From a virus (taxonomy: Duplodnaviria; Caudoviricetes), in the IMG/VR virus record IMGVR_UViG_3300020043_002760, positions 1 through 38,114 of that record: a stretch of DNA of 38,114 nucleotides. One strand, given 5' to 3'. Numbering within the stretch: position 1 is the stretch's first letter; the number at the start of each line of letters is the position of its first letter. The notes beneath the pieces are model-generated. The model had not been told where the DNA came from, made no database searches, and saw nothing but the letters and a program-made list of their open reading frames with translations. The translations under genes were made by a program, and so were the position numbers. Positions 17,991 through 27,753 of the stretch are shown piece after piece.

Positions 17991-20542
17991 TTTGACACCG
18001 CAAAATAAGGAACTAGTAATTGCACGTTGCATGGAAACGGCTGATCTTGCGCGATTATAACACGTTTCGACCTTGCCCATCCAGCGTCATCTTCATCATT
18101 TATCTCATTTGCGTAAGTTTCCTTTCTATCGCCAGTAAACATCAAAGGCGGTCTGTCCATAGCCATCGAAGGCTTACGCATTTCAATCTGGTTTAATGTG
18201 TAATAGCTTGTGCCGTATTTTGCGTAAAGTGTATCAAGGAACCTCACACCTACCGCGAACATATTCTTGCGCTTTGTCTGGGCCGTACCATTCGTACCGC
18301 CGCCCTCAAGCTCGTTACTCTCAAGGTATCCAGTGTAGCCAAGGCCAACGTGAACGATAGAAGCTTGGCGGTCTAGCGTGATCTCGCCATCCGTTACCGT
18401 TTCTTGCGGGTGCTGTCCACCGTCTACGCAGATTGTGACTTCCTCGCCTTCAAGATGCTCAAGGCCAGACACCGTATCCGTTGTCAGATACCACTCGGTA
18501 GCAGGGATAGCGGATGTGCTGTCAAAGGCTTCGAGAATAGTACAGGTAACAGTCGTGCTATTCGTATAGCCTGTAATCTCTGCGCGGCCTGTCTCTGCAC
18601 CCGTTACGCTCTTGCGCCATATCTCGCGGCCTACCATCGTAGCGTCAAAGAAAGCACCGCCAGCCGTGAATGTAATGCCTGTGCCTGTAGTCGCAGCAGG
18701 TGTCATTGTCACCGCGTTATCGTCCCCGTAATAGCTTAAAGAGCTATCAACGTGAATATATTGCTTCTGGTCTTCGAACATCTTGTTCCGGTACATCCGG
18801 TCATCTTCTTCCTTGTCGCCCGTATTGTAATCGGAGCGAAGGTCAAAGATTACCTCGTCAGCATAGTATTCGACATAATAGTTATCTGTACCGTCAACGG
18901 TGCGCTTGCATACTTGCCATAGCTGATCATATTCGCCATCTCGCGGAAGTCTTGCAATGGAGGTAACGTCACCGGAAGTCGTATGTTTGTGAAAGCCGGA
19001 TACAGTCTCGGCATCCTCAAAGGTCATGCCGATTAGTTTACCATCCTCGCGCACGCCCCAGACGATATTCGGGCGACCCTCTTGGACTTCGATCTGCTTA
19101 ATACCGCTTCTAGTAATATGGTCAGCGATTGTGTTTCTATCCACTGGAATATAGCCATCAGCCTGAAGGTCATATTCAAATGAGCGCATAATCAGTTTGT
19201 TCGACTGCATATAGAAAATCTGCGTACCCTTGCCGACTGGCATCATGCTTGCTACGCCGTAAGAGTTCGTAGGCTTAATAGAGATACTTGTCGGGGTAAT
19301 GACATCATCAATACCACCTGTAACCTGAAACACATCACTTGCAGCGCCAACGGCAAGGAATTTGCTCGTACCCTGCAGCCATCTGATCTGGCCCGATTCC
19401 CCTGCAATCGTGTACTCCATGCCATCATCAACGGCAGTACCGATGGTGAAGTCATCAAATCCACCGCCTTCGACAACCTTGGAAAAGAACAGCGTGTTAG
19501 GACGGTTGTTCGAGCCGCCATAGATTAGACGCTCCTCGTACAAGCCAACCGCAGCAGGGTATTGATTGGAAGAAAGAAATGACGCAGGACTTGACGTAAT
19601 CTCTTTAATCAAGCCACCGCCCGAATAAGTCGTAAAACCAGAGCTATCAATTCCAGATAGTTCGAAGGTGTTCGCGCCTGTGTTGACGTTCGCAACTGTA
19701 TAGCGTTCGTCATTTAGCTCCGTCATGCCAGAGATGCCGGATAAAAACACGATATCGCCGTTAGAATAATTGTCAGAGCCATTGTAAGTCACAACGGCAG
19801 GGTTGGCCTTGGTAATCGCAGAGATCGTCTGTGTGGGCTGGAATGTCTCTTGGATAGGGCTATGCGCGGACATGGCCCAGCTTGTCGCGCTCGTATAGAC
19901 CAGCTTTTGCGGGTTATAGGAAGGATGCGCGATATACAGAGTCTTTCCAGATTGTGCAAATTGCAAGTCAAACAGGTCAGCCGTGGTATATGGCGTGGTA
20001 ACTTCGACAATCTCCTCGACCAGACCAGCACTTGAATATGCCGTATATGCGCTAGAGTTCACGCCGGATAGCTCGAAAGTATTGGAGCCAGTGTTTACGT
20101 TCGCTACGGTAAACTCGCGGTTATTGACTTGCGTCATGCCGACAACGCCCGTAATCCATACGCGGTCACCGTTGGAATAGGTATCCGAACCTGAATAGGT
20201 AACTACCGCAGGGTTAGCCTGTGTGATGCCTGTAATGGCTTGGCCTGTGTATTTAACCTGTCCGTTATTCCGGTAGAACCTAACCTTAAGATTGGTAAAT
20301 TCCAGAACAAAAGAAACGCTGCCATCAATCGTAAAGGTGAATAGACGGGCGGCGAGATTATCCCGCGTCTTGGAAGCAAAGATAGTTCCTGTCCTGAAAT
20401 GCGCTGGACCCGTAACTTGTGTGATAAAGTTCTCCACGCGCCTTGCGCCCTTGTAATAGGCAGCAAGGTCAAAACGCCCGTAAACCTTCGGGCTGATCTC
20501 TCCGGCTGAAAAATCAGGGTAACTGGTGTTGACTTCAACCAT
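17987..20542 (-). CDS. Tail tubular protein B / nozzle with two inserted repeat domains
   Basis: FSAGEISP start, YP....YEERL, VHVGL motifs; 851 aa. Confidence 0.85.
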   Translation of the reverse strand: MVEVNTSYPDFSAGEISPKVYGRFDLAAYYKGARRVENFITQVTGPAHFRTGTIFASKTRDNLAARLFTFTIDGSVSFVLEFTNLKVRFYRNNGQVKYTGQAITGITQANPAVVTYSGSDTYSNGDRVWITGVVGMTQVNNREFTVANVNTGSNTFELSGVNSSAYTAYSSAGLVEEIVEVTTPYTTADLFDLQFAQSGKTLYIAHPSYNPQKLVYTSATSWAMSAHSPIQETFQPTQTISAITKANPAVVTYNGSDNYSNGDIVFLSGISGMTELNDERYTVANVNTGANTFELSGIDSSGFTTYSGGGLIKEITSSPASFLSSNQYPAAVGLYEERLIYGGSNNRPNTLFFSKVVEGGGFDDFTIGTAVDDGMEYTIAGESGQIRWLQGTSKFLAVGAASDVFQVTGGIDDVITPTSISIKPTNSYGVASMMPVGKGTQIFYMQSNKLIMRSFEYDLQADGYIPVDRNTIADHITRSGIKQIEVQEGRPNIVWGVREDGKLIGMTFEDAETVSGFHKHTTSGDVTSIARLPRDGEYDQLWQVCKRTVDGTDNYYVEYYADEVIFDLRSDYNTGDKEEDDRMYRNKMFEDQKQYIHVDSSLSYYGDDNAVTMTPAATTGTGITFTAGGAFFDATMVGREIWRKSVTGAETGRAEITGYTNSTTVTCTILEAFDSTSAIPATEWYLTTDTVSGLEHLEGEEVTICVDGGQHPQETVTDGEITLDRQASIVHVGLGYTGYLESNELEGGGTNGTAQTKRKNMFAVGVRFLDTLYAKYGTSYYTLNQIEMRKPSMAMDRPPLMFTGDRKETYANEINDEDDAGWARSKRVIIAQDQPFPCNVQLLVPYFAVSN

Positions 20543-21171
20543 TAGAATATAATCCGATTAGTCGTACTGGATGCCCTGCCCTGCAATCTGGCAGAACGGT
20601 TACGGGATACTTCGCGTCTACGGGGCGGGTGTTCTTGACCGTCAATAGCCCGAGCCAATGCGCCAGCGTCTTTCTTAAGCTGTGCCACGCGCTCGACATT
20701 GGTATTGCTCTCGGTCACCTTGAAGGCACAACCAAGGGCAATCTCATGTGCCAGAAGGTTAACAAACATCGGGTCAAAGCGGGTAACGTCTTCGATATTA
20801 TAGATATAGATCAGGCGTAGGCTTGTCGAATCGGTATTCAACAGGATGCTGCCATTCTCGAAAGCATAGTCAGCATGGCTCAATGAACCGCCGTTTCCAT
20901 CCTCTAAGGACAGAAGGCGCACAAAGTCATTCGGAAGCGGGAAGGCCGTTGTATAGCCGAACGCGGGCGCAGTAGATGATGCAGCCAGCAGCTCGCGTTT
21001 AATGGCAAAATTCCAAGGATGCTCACGCAGTAACTTCTTGCGCGAATTGTCATACCAGCGATTGAGGAGCGATTCAGTCGAGGTCGTGGGTGTTTCGGTA
21101 TCGTTTACAGTACCAGCAGAGAGGAGGTCTAAAGCGAGATTGCAGATGTCAGTCTGTGAAGTGATAGCCAT
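20542..21171 (-). CDS. Tail tubular protein A / adaptor
   Basis: ICNLAL..L, HPWNFA, LPNDF.R motifs. Confidence 0.88.
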   Translation of the reverse strand: MAITSQTDICNLALDLLSAGTVNDTETPTTSTESLLNRWYDNSRKKLLREHPWNFAIKRELLAASSTAPAFGYTTAFPLPNDFVRLLSLEDGNGGSLSHADYAFENGSILLNTDSTSLRLIYIYNIEDVTRFDPMFVNLLAHEIALGCAFKVTESNTNVERVAQLKKDAGALARAIDGQEHPPRRREVSRNRSARLQGRASSTTNRIIF

Positions 21172-21185
21172 ATTAAACCCCTAAA

Positions 21186-21220
21186 TAAATAAAGGGGGAG
21201 ACAGCCGAAGCCATCTCCCC
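21186..21220 (-). terminator. Intrinsic terminator after capsid genes
   Basis: GGGGAGATGGC-TTCG-GCTGTCTCCCC followed by CTTTATTT. Confidence 0.85.
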
Positions 21221-21226
21221 GCAATA

Positions 21227-21718
21227 TTACAGGTAAGCGAAGGTAGCGGTTACCCGAATTGTACCAGCAGCCGAGCCAACGGTATTCGCAGTCAGTGCGA
21301 TATCGTAAGCAGCGTCAGGCGCAGTTTGAGCAGAGAGCGTGCCAAGGTCTTGCGTGCCGTTCGACAGCGTAAGCGATGTCAGACCAGCATTGTTCCACGT
21401 AGCAATCGTACGAGCCGATGAGAGATCAAGGCCATCAGCCAAGATGTCTTTCTCAACTACAGCACCGCCATTCGTCTTGTACAGACCAACATCCCAGTCC
21501 GTAGAAGAAGTCATCGCGGTGTTGTGGATGCAAATCATAACCGGAACCATGTTCGCGGGTACGTTTGCAAACGCACGATAGATAGAGTTATCATCATCAC
21601 CGGAAGCAACGGCAATCGTTGCAACAGCGGTAACAGTTTTAGTGCCTTGCTCGTTCAGGGCAGAAGCTTTTTTACCAGCTTCTAGCGCGGAATCTGCATA
21701 TACATCAACAGCAGCCAT
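21227..21718 (-). CDS. Capsid-associated (cement/decoration-like) protein
   Basis: Beta-rich, between capsid gene and terminator. Confidence 0.65.
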   Translation of the reverse strand: MAAVDVYADSALEAGKKASALNEQGTKTVTAVATIAVASGDDDNSIYRAFANVPANMVPVMICIHNTAMTSSTDWDVGLYKTNGGAVVEKDILADGLDLSSARTIATWNNAGLTSLTLSNGTQDLGTLSAQTAPDAAYDIALTANTVGSAAGTIRVTATFAYL

Positions 21719-21738
21719 AGTTTAGTTTCCTTTCAATG

Positions 21739-22272
21739 TTATACAGTTGCCGAGAGCGGATCAGCAGGGTTACTGCCAGCCGCGCAAGTCAACTTGCCTC
21801 TAATGTGCCAAAGGTTCGCCTTCATATCGATTGCTTCAACATAGTCACCGATAAAGCCGCCCGTAGTCGTGCGGTTCATGGTAACCGTGTCATCTGCCGA
21901 ACCATCTCCCTTGTAGCTGGAAATAGTCGTGCCATCCAAATCAAGGATGTCGATAAATCCAGTCATAAAGTCAGAGGAGTTAGCGACCTTGACGATATGA
22001 GAGTTGGATGTAGCAGTCGTTGAAACAAGGAATCTGAACACCGCGCCCGAGCCTGAAGCAGCAGGAAGTGTCACAACCGAACCAGCAGCCGTATCTAGCA
22101 GGACGATTTTACCGTCATGCAGGGCTTCCGTTGCGGCTAGTGTACTACCAGCAGCGACAAGACGAGCAGAAGTGTCGGCGACTTTGTTGATTTCCGCAGC
22201 CGTAGCTGTCAGATTTCCACCAAGGCCGAGTGCTTCAAGATCCTCTAGTCTGTTTCTTACTGTCTCTGTCAT
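21739..22272 (-). CDS. Capsid-associated / head decoration-like protein
   Basis: TAAEINK linker and VTLPAASGSG..FRF domain; follows the major capsid gene. Confidence 0.6.
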   Translation of the reverse strand: MTETVRNRLEDLEALGLGGNLTATAAEINKVADTSARLVAAGSTLAATEALHDGKIVLLDTAAGSVVTLPAASGSGAVFRFLVSTTATSNSHIVKVANSSDFMTGFIDILDLDGTTISSYKGDGSADDTVTMNRTTTGGFIGDYVEAIDMKANLWHIRGKLTCAAGSNPADPLSATV

Positions 22273-22283
22273 GTTACTTCCCC

Positions 22284-23168
22284 TTAAGCGGTTGTCGTAA
22301 CTTTTTGAACCAGTACGCCTTCAGTACGAACAGCACCGATTTCCATGACGACTTGAACCTGTTTGGTTTCAATGTAGTCAGGACGCTCTTCGATCTTGAT
22401 CGACATCTCTTTCGAGACACCGAGGCAGATACCACGGCTGGAAGCCGCGAGCAGGGTACGTGTACCACCAGATACGCCGATGATTGGGTTAGCAACACCA
22501 CCTGCGAATGGAACGAGGTCCATACCGAGAGCGCGAGAGATGCGACCGTTTTCAACAACGAAGTCACGGGTGAAGTCGCCCGAGATCAGTTCTTCTTCGC
22601 CCATCAGCGCGGTATGTTCCTTACCTGTGATGGTGAGGAAGATTTTCTCGTTCTCGTCCAGACCGACATCATTGTCATAGAAGTTCTGGCGCAGCTCGAG
22701 CAGCTTTTCGTATGTCAGGCCAGCCGTAGCGTTAACAGTATCAACGCCATCTGTAGCAGCAGTAACAGTCGTTTCAAAGTCACGGCCTGTCAGAACGTCA
22801 GCGAAAGCAGCTTCGTAAGCAACGCGGTCATACTGGCGCAGCATACCAGCTGCAACAGCACGAGCGTATTCGCTTTCAGGGTTCAGCAGGAGGCCACGAA
22901 CGTCAGAACCATCGATTGGAAGGTTAATGACGAAACGGCGGCGGCTGATCTTACGGCGGTTATGCGTGATGTCATCAAAGCTCGCAGGAACATTACGACC
23001 AGAGACTTCGCGTGCATCTACACGACCGAGGCCATCATAGGCGAATACGTCACCGGACATTTGCTTGACGTTGAGATAAGGCTTCAGACGCGATTGCATC
23101 TGCTGCGCTTCTTGGTGAACCATGTCACTGAATTCAATGATAAGATTCTTATCGATAGACTGTACCAT
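22284..23168 (-). CDS. Major capsid protein
   Basis: QQMQSRL, GAVRTEG..V motifs; position after scaffold; strong AAGGAG RBS. Confidence 0.9.
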   Translation of the reverse strand: MVQSIDKNLIIEFSDMVHQEAQQMQSRLKPYLNVKQMSGDVFAYDGLGRVDAREVSGRNVPASFDDITHNRRKISRRRFVINLPIDGSDVRGLLLNPESEYARAVAAGMLRQYDRVAYEAAFADVLTGRDFETTVTAATDGVDTVNATAGLTYEKLLELRQNFYDNDVGLDENEKIFLTITGKEHTALMGEEELISGDFTRDFVVENGRISRALGMDLVPFAGGVANPIIGVSGGTRTLLAASSRGICLGVSKEMSIKIEERPDYIETKQVQVVMEIGAVRTEGVLVQKVTTTA

Positions 23169-23216
23169 TGGGTACTCCTTTAATGTTGAATGTTGTAAAG
23201 ATTTCCTAAAATCGAT

Positions 23217-23293
23217 ACGCTACCCACCATAAAGGCGGACGTCATCTGGGCTATTGAGCCGTATCAGATGGACACCGTGAGGTGCTACCCGTC
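23217..23293 (-). promoter_or_regulatory. Structured 5' leader of the capsid gene
   Basis: Three hairpins, two with the same GG-GTA-GC/GT-CC bulge. Confidence 0.55.
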
Positions 23294-23299
23294 AAAAGT

Positions 23300-23328
23300 A
23301 TATTAACCTATCTTAACCAAATCCGCAA
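23300..23328 (-). promoter_or_regulatory. Putative capsid promoter TTGCGG-N17-TAATAT with two TTAACC boxes
   Basis: Spacing counted; same layout as 26411-26439 and 28578-28606. Confidence 0.55.
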
Positions 23329-23334
23329 TACCGC

Positions 23335-24180
23335 CTAGCTATAATGTTTTGAAACCTTACCAGACAGCTCGTTAATGCGCTCCATTGTCTTTTTATGGTT
23401 AGGATTAAGGAAGTCCTTCGCCTCTTTCGAGGTGCGGAGCGTAGCCAGTTCCTTGCGGACATCTTCAATGCTTTCGCTGGACGATTGGTCGCCAGATGTA
23501 ATTTTACCTTCCACACCGTATTCCTTCTTTACCTTTTCAATCTCATTATGAGCCGCATTAGTCGCTGCAATCAGTGCAGCCAGTGCCTTTGGATTATCTG
23601 CAATCTCTGAATAGGCAGAGCGCAAGCCCTCTGGTACGTGCTTGCTCACGAAGTCCAGCGCAACTTGCTGTGCCGTTTCAAACTTGTCGCCGAAGTGTTC
23701 TTTAACAACCTTGTCAAACTCTGCATCCAGTGCCTTTTGATGCTCGGTTAGCTGCGTCTTGTTACCGTTCGCGGCATCAAGCTCGGCCTTCATGAACATC
23801 TGGAAAACCTTCTCTGCCTGCTTCTGGTTCAAGCCAGCACCATGAAGAATATCAGCAGCCTTGGATTTAATCGGCGCAAGGTCAAAGCCCTCTGGCAATC
23901 CCTCGACATCTGGAAACTTATAGCCATCTGCCTTCTCTGGACGACCAGCAGCAGCATAAAACTTATCCCATTCGGAATCCGGCGCATCAGGCGCTGGTAC
24001 GCCAGCAGGACGCTTGCCAATCAGGGATTGAGCGTTGTCCGTCATCTTCCACAGGTCATCAGGGGATTTAACGCCCTTGGCCCATTCCTTAGTTGCGTAC
24101 GCCTCTGGTACGGCAAAGCTACTTGGTTGGCTTTGCTCTTGGCTTGGTTGTGTGGTGTCTTGTACTGCTTGTTCCGTCAT
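23335..24180 (-). CDS. Capsid scaffolding protein
   Basis: FY...GRP....Y, H..GL..QA, NP.H motifs; position between portal and capsid. Confidence 0.82.
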   Translation of the reverse strand: MTEQAVQDTTQPSQEQSQPSSFAVPEAYATKEWAKGVKSPDDLWKMTDNAQSLIGKRPAGVPAPDAPDSEWDKFYAAAGRPEKADGYKFPDVEGLPEGFDLAPIKSKAADILHGAGLNQKQAEKVFQMFMKAELDAANGNKTQLTEHQKALDAEFDKVVKEHFGDKFETAQQVALDFVSKHVPEGLRSAYSEIADNPKALAALIAATNAAHNEIEKVKKEYGVEGKITSGDQSSSESIEDVRKELATLRTSKEAKDFLNPNHKKTMERINELSGKVSKHYS

Positions 24181-24424
24181 GGGCTACCTTCCTTGTGTAA
24201 TCGAATTCAATCTTCTTTAGAAACTCCGGTCTAATCCGGTTGCGGAAATACAAGTACGCCCTCCGCAGGGTGGCGTTAGCATAGGTATTATCTGGGCTAT
24301 TTTCTGACAAGATATCGCCATCGAAACGGCAATATTCTTTCAAACAGGCAAGGATGATCTTACCACTATCAGTCGCAGCGACCTCGTTCAAAGCCGCAAC
24401 GAAGGCTTTCTCATCTATCTCCAC
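24119..24424 (-). CDS. Small protein between portal and scaffold
   Basis: T..GK.IL..L motif; syntenic with BPP-1-like podovirus head genes. Confidence 0.7.
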   Translation of the reverse strand: MEIDEKAFVAALNEVAATDSGKIILACLKEYCRFDGDILSENSPDNTYANATLRRAYLYFRNRIRPEFLKKIEFDYTRKVAHDGTSSTRHHTTKPRAKPTK

Positions 24425-24442
24425 GGGCTACCTTCCCTATGT

Positions 24443-26155
24443 TTAAACCGCAGCAGCTTCTTTCGAAAGCTTTTCAGCCTGTGCCGCGTCTTTAGAAATC
24501 CCTGCAACCTGTTGACCAGCCGCAAGCATCTGTTGAGCTTGCATCTGTTGTTGCTGTTGCTGGTTCATGGCTTGAACCTCATCATCTTGTCGCAGGATAC
24601 CAACTGGCAATCCTCTAATCTGGCCTATGTTCTTCAGACCCTCATGCAAATCAACACGATTAGCAATGGACGGGTCAACTTGCATAGCTTGCATGGCAAA
24701 GGTCAGTATCTCCACGATAGCGACATATTCCTCGGCGCGTGAAGCGTTCGCAGCCTTGGTCTTGTAAGTGATCTGGTAAATCTCTTTACCTTCCTGAAGT
24801 CTCTCAATGAGTTCTTCAGGGATATATTCAGGTTCCTTGCCCATAGCGATAGCTTCGGCTTCTTCTTCGGAGCCGGGCAATACGCCATATTCACCCATAC
24901 GCCACAGTACATTGACGCTACGCTCAATCAACGGGGTCAGGACTTCGGCAATCTGGCGGCTGAATAAGCTGGACAGGGAAGCAGTACGGATACTGTCTCT
25001 GATCTGTGCCTCGCCAAAGGTCATCTGGCTTTCGTTATTAAAATCCAAAAGGCGGTCAATGTGGAAGTGCTGGGCGATTGTCTGCTTCAGTTCTTCCAGT
25101 CTCGCCAGGGCATCAGGGATTGAACCCACAGTTACCAACGGGAAGACAGGGCTATTGCCGCCGATATTACCCGTGGCATTGAATACGTTCACCGCGCCAG
25201 CAGATGTATCGATGTAGCCACCGCCAAGCATACCGTCATCCAGTACACCCATAGGCGGGTCAAGGTTCTTCTCTGTCGCGATAATGACAGCTTCTCTTAA
25301 TGCATTGGCCTCGCGGATATCAGGCAGGGCGTTCATAGCTGGACTACGACCATACTTCTCATAGTTCAGCTTGCGGAAGCGACCTACGTGGATAGGCAGC
25401 TCATGGAAGCCATCTTCACGCATGACATGGCAGTTAGGAAGCTCCATGTGGACGGATTCATAAGCCATAGCCAGCTTGCCTTTAGCAGCCTTCTTCTCTT
25501 TGCGGGGGCGAATAACGTGCAGGATTTTAACCTTGTCACCGAATTTGCCGTTCTTGTACTTCTCTAATACCTTCTGTGATACCTTGCCCTCGCCGTATTC
25601 ATCAACGGTGCGCTCGACAGTCCACTCATAATTCAGGTAAATCTTATTGACTTTGCCGTTCTTGCCCTCGGATACATAGAGTTCCTTAACGCCATAAGGC
25701 TTGGCAAGCAGCTTGCTCTCATAGCCCTCTTCAATGCCTACGCCAGCAGTGCCGAAGATAATCTGATCGAGCATGTACTCATCAAGGGACAGCGCAAGGT
25801 TAGCCTTTGGGTCATCCATAGCCCTGCACGTTCTATCCGTCATCTTCTCATAGAATTCAGCGAGTTCGGTAGACAGGTCTTTGATATCATCAGGGGGGGT
25901 AATCTCTATGGATTGCTTGGCAGAGCCGGGCCAGAGCATACCAAGTAATGCAGATGCAGAGTTATGGGCTGCAAAAGCACCCGTTGCATCGAATATCTTA
26001 TCTGTGAGGAAGTCGCCCTGTGTCGGTTCAGTCTCGAAGTTCTGCTTGATCTGGCTGATATACTCGCCCATGACCTGATACATGGAGTTCCATGTCTGGC
26101 GTTCTGACTTGACCTGATCAAATTCGCGCTTGATCTGCTTTGCGTAATCGCTCAA
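24443..26155 (-). CDS. Portal (head-tail connector)
   Basis: FGTA, YGRSPAM.ALPD, MT..E...R motifs; Q-rich tail; TTG start. Confidence 0.92.
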   Translation of the reverse strand: MSDYAKQIKREFDQVKSERQTWNSMYQVMGEYISQIKQNFETEPTQGDFLTDKIFDATGAFAAHNSASALLGMLWPGSAKQSIEITPPDDIKDLSTELAEFYEKMTDRTCRAMDDPKANLALSLDEYMLDQIIFGTAGVGIEEGYESKLLAKPYGVKELYVSEGKNGKVNKIYLNYEWTVERTVDEYGEGKVSQKVLEKYKNGKFGDKVKILHVIRPRKEKKAAKGKLAMAYESVHMELPNCHVMREDGFHELPIHVGRFRKLNYEKYGRSPAMNALPDIREANALREAVIIATEKNLDPPMGVLDDGMLGGGYIDTSAGAVNVFNATGNIGGNSPVFPLVTVGSIPDALARLEELKQTIAQHFHIDRLLDFNNESQMTFGEAQIRDSIRTASLSSLFSRQIAEVLTPLIERSVNVLWRMGEYGVLPGSEEEAEAIAMGKEPEYIPEELIERLQEGKEIYQITYKTKAANASRAEEYVAIVEILTFAMQAMQVDPSIANRVDLHEGLKNIGQIRGLPVGILRQDDEVQAMNQQQQQQMQAQQMLAAGQQVAGISKDAAQAEKLSKEAAAV

Positions 26156-26386
26156 TTAAGCACCCTTGAGGAAGCGGCGGCGTTGTGCAGTATCATCTTC
26201 GGCAGGCGTAAGAGCCTCAGAGAAGGCCATGCGCTTGGATTGCGCCTCGTTAGACTTCTTAAGTGCCTGATTTTCTTTAGCGGCGTTTTCCGTAGCGATC
26301 TTGTTACGCTCGGCAATAGCAGCTTTCTCTTGTGCTGCCGCTAGGTTAGGCTGTTTAGGCTTGGAGAATAGTTTCGTGATACCCAT
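26156..26386 (-). CDS. Small basic virion protein upstream of portal
   Basis: MG...F.KPK.P start; syntenic position. Confidence 0.7.
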   Translation of the reverse strand: MGITKLFSKPKQPNLAAAQEKAAIAERNKIATENAAKENQALKKSNEAQSKRMAFSEALTPAEDDTAQRRRFLKGA

Positions 26387-26402
26387 ATGAACCCCCGAAT
26401 GG

Positions 26403-26439
26403 TTAAAAACATATTAACCTTTTATCTCATAGATTGCAA
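26403..26439 (-). promoter_or_regulatory. Putative promoter TTGCAA-N17-TAATAT overlapped by a full CtrA-type box TTAA-N7-TTAAC
   Basis: TTAA 26403-26406, TTAAC 26414-26418. Confidence 0.55.
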
Positions 26440-27753
26440 TACACGCCCCTTGGATTTATTCTTTGTCGTGGTCAGCCCTTCGGATTTGTTCCGAATGATG
26501 TGCGCATTGCCGGATTTAGACTTCAATGGCACGCCCACGGCAAGCGCAAGCGCATCGGCATAATCAGGTGAACGAAGGCCACGATCTCGCAGCTTCTCTT
26601 TACTCTCTAGCACAAGCTTGTTTGACGTTGAGAATTCATATTCAGGGGCAGATAGCTCGCTGATTAGCTCGGGAATGTTCGGGATACAGCCGCCACTCTC
26701 TAGCCACTTCTTCATGCCATCCCACATTTCGGCCCTTGCATTGGCGTAATACTCTGATGCAGGGCGACCCCCGAAGTTAACCTCGGTGCATTTATAGCCA
26801 TGTGAGCGAATGTAATCTATCACGCCCTCTCCGCGACCAGCATCAACACGCACGTAGTCAGGTTCGAATTGTCGTATCTTTGCAATAACCTTATTCGCCA
26901 AGTCCACGTTATTAATATCGTCATACATATCCGGCGGGTAAGCCTTCAGACCTTGAACACAGAATATAACGCTTCTATCATCCCCATACCTTGCAACATC
27001 AACGCCTATCACCTTGACAGCGCCACGCACGTTAATGTCCTGAATGGTACGGGCCGCAGCCTCAACCGCCAATGATACGGGAATTAAAGTGTTGCCAGTC
27101 GAGGCATTGAAGTCACAGAGAAACTCTTGGGCATACTGTTGCTCGGTCATTTCCTCTCTAGCGCGGGCCAATTCGTCATCAGCAATCAGGCCAGTCTCGT
27201 CAGCCCTATAGATACGGGCAAACCAATCCGGCTGTTTAACGGCTTTCTGGTATATCTCATAGAACAAGTCAATGCCCCTTGGCGTACCAATGAACACAGC
27301 CCAGCCCAGTCTATCGGTCAAAGTAGGGCGAATAACCTCGCCCCAGACGTTCGGGCGCATATCCGCGACCTCATCCAGTACCACGCCATCGAGGTAAATA
27401 CCCCGCAGAGCATCTGGATTGTCACCACCATAGAGCCTTACCCTTGCCCCGTTCGGCAGATCAATGCGAAGCTCGGCCTCGTTATAGGCAATGCCGGGTA
27501 TCATGTGGGTGAATTGCTTAAAGTAATCCCACGCTACTTGCTTCGACTGTTTGTAGTACGGAGCGATATAAGCAAATCGCGCCTCTTTCTTCTTAGTAGA
27601 TAGAGCCGCATGAATGAGCGTATTGATTGCCCAATAGGTTTTGCCAAAGCGTCTATGGCAGACCACGACACCGAAACGATGCCGCGCCATCTCTCTATGC
27701 AGCTCCGCTTGATACTTGTGCGGAACATAAGGATGATCTATTTCAATCGCCAT
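26422..27753 (-). CDS. terL: Terminase large subunit
   Basis: HRRFGKT Walker A, LDE Walker B, GTP coupling motif, GVDVARYGDD and SPD.ADA nuclease motifs. Confidence 0.96.
   Translation of the reverse strand: MAIEIDHPYVPHKYQAELHREMARHRFGVVVCHRRFGKTYWAINTLIHAALSTKKKEARFAYIAPYYKQSKQVAWDYFKQFTHMIPGIAYNEAELRIDLPNGARVRLYGGDNPDALRGIYLDGVVLDEVADMRPNVWGEVIRPTLTDRLGWAVFIGTPRGIDLFYEIYQKAVKQPDWFARIYRADETGLIADDELARAREEMTEQQYAQEFLCDFNASTGNTLIPVSLAVEAAARTIQDINVRGAVKVIGVDVARYGDDRSVIFCVQGLKAYPPDMYDDINNVDLANKVIAKIRQFEPDYVRVDAGRGEGVIDYIRSHGYKCTEVNFGGRPASEYYANARAEMWDGMKKWLESGGCIPNIPELISELSAPEYEFSTSNKLVLESKEKLRDRGLRSPDYADALALAVGVPLKSKSGNAHIIRNKSEGLTTTKNKSKGRVLQSMR

Noticed and set aside
22272-22310. T7-like capsid frameshift or readthrough into the next gene
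   Set aside because: CAA AAA G is not an in-frame X XXY YYZ site; the alternative-frame ORF stops at 22274, and readthrough is out of frame with the next ATG
22230-23183. 317-aa plus-strand ORF opposite the capsid gene (also 5085-5726, 11539-12330, 12167-12751, 32176-32718)
   Set aside because: Antisense shadow ORFs of well-supported genes, with no motifs or RBS
25893-25899. G7 run in the portal gene (and A9 near 4466) as phase-variation sites
   Set aside because: Both are in frame within intact genes
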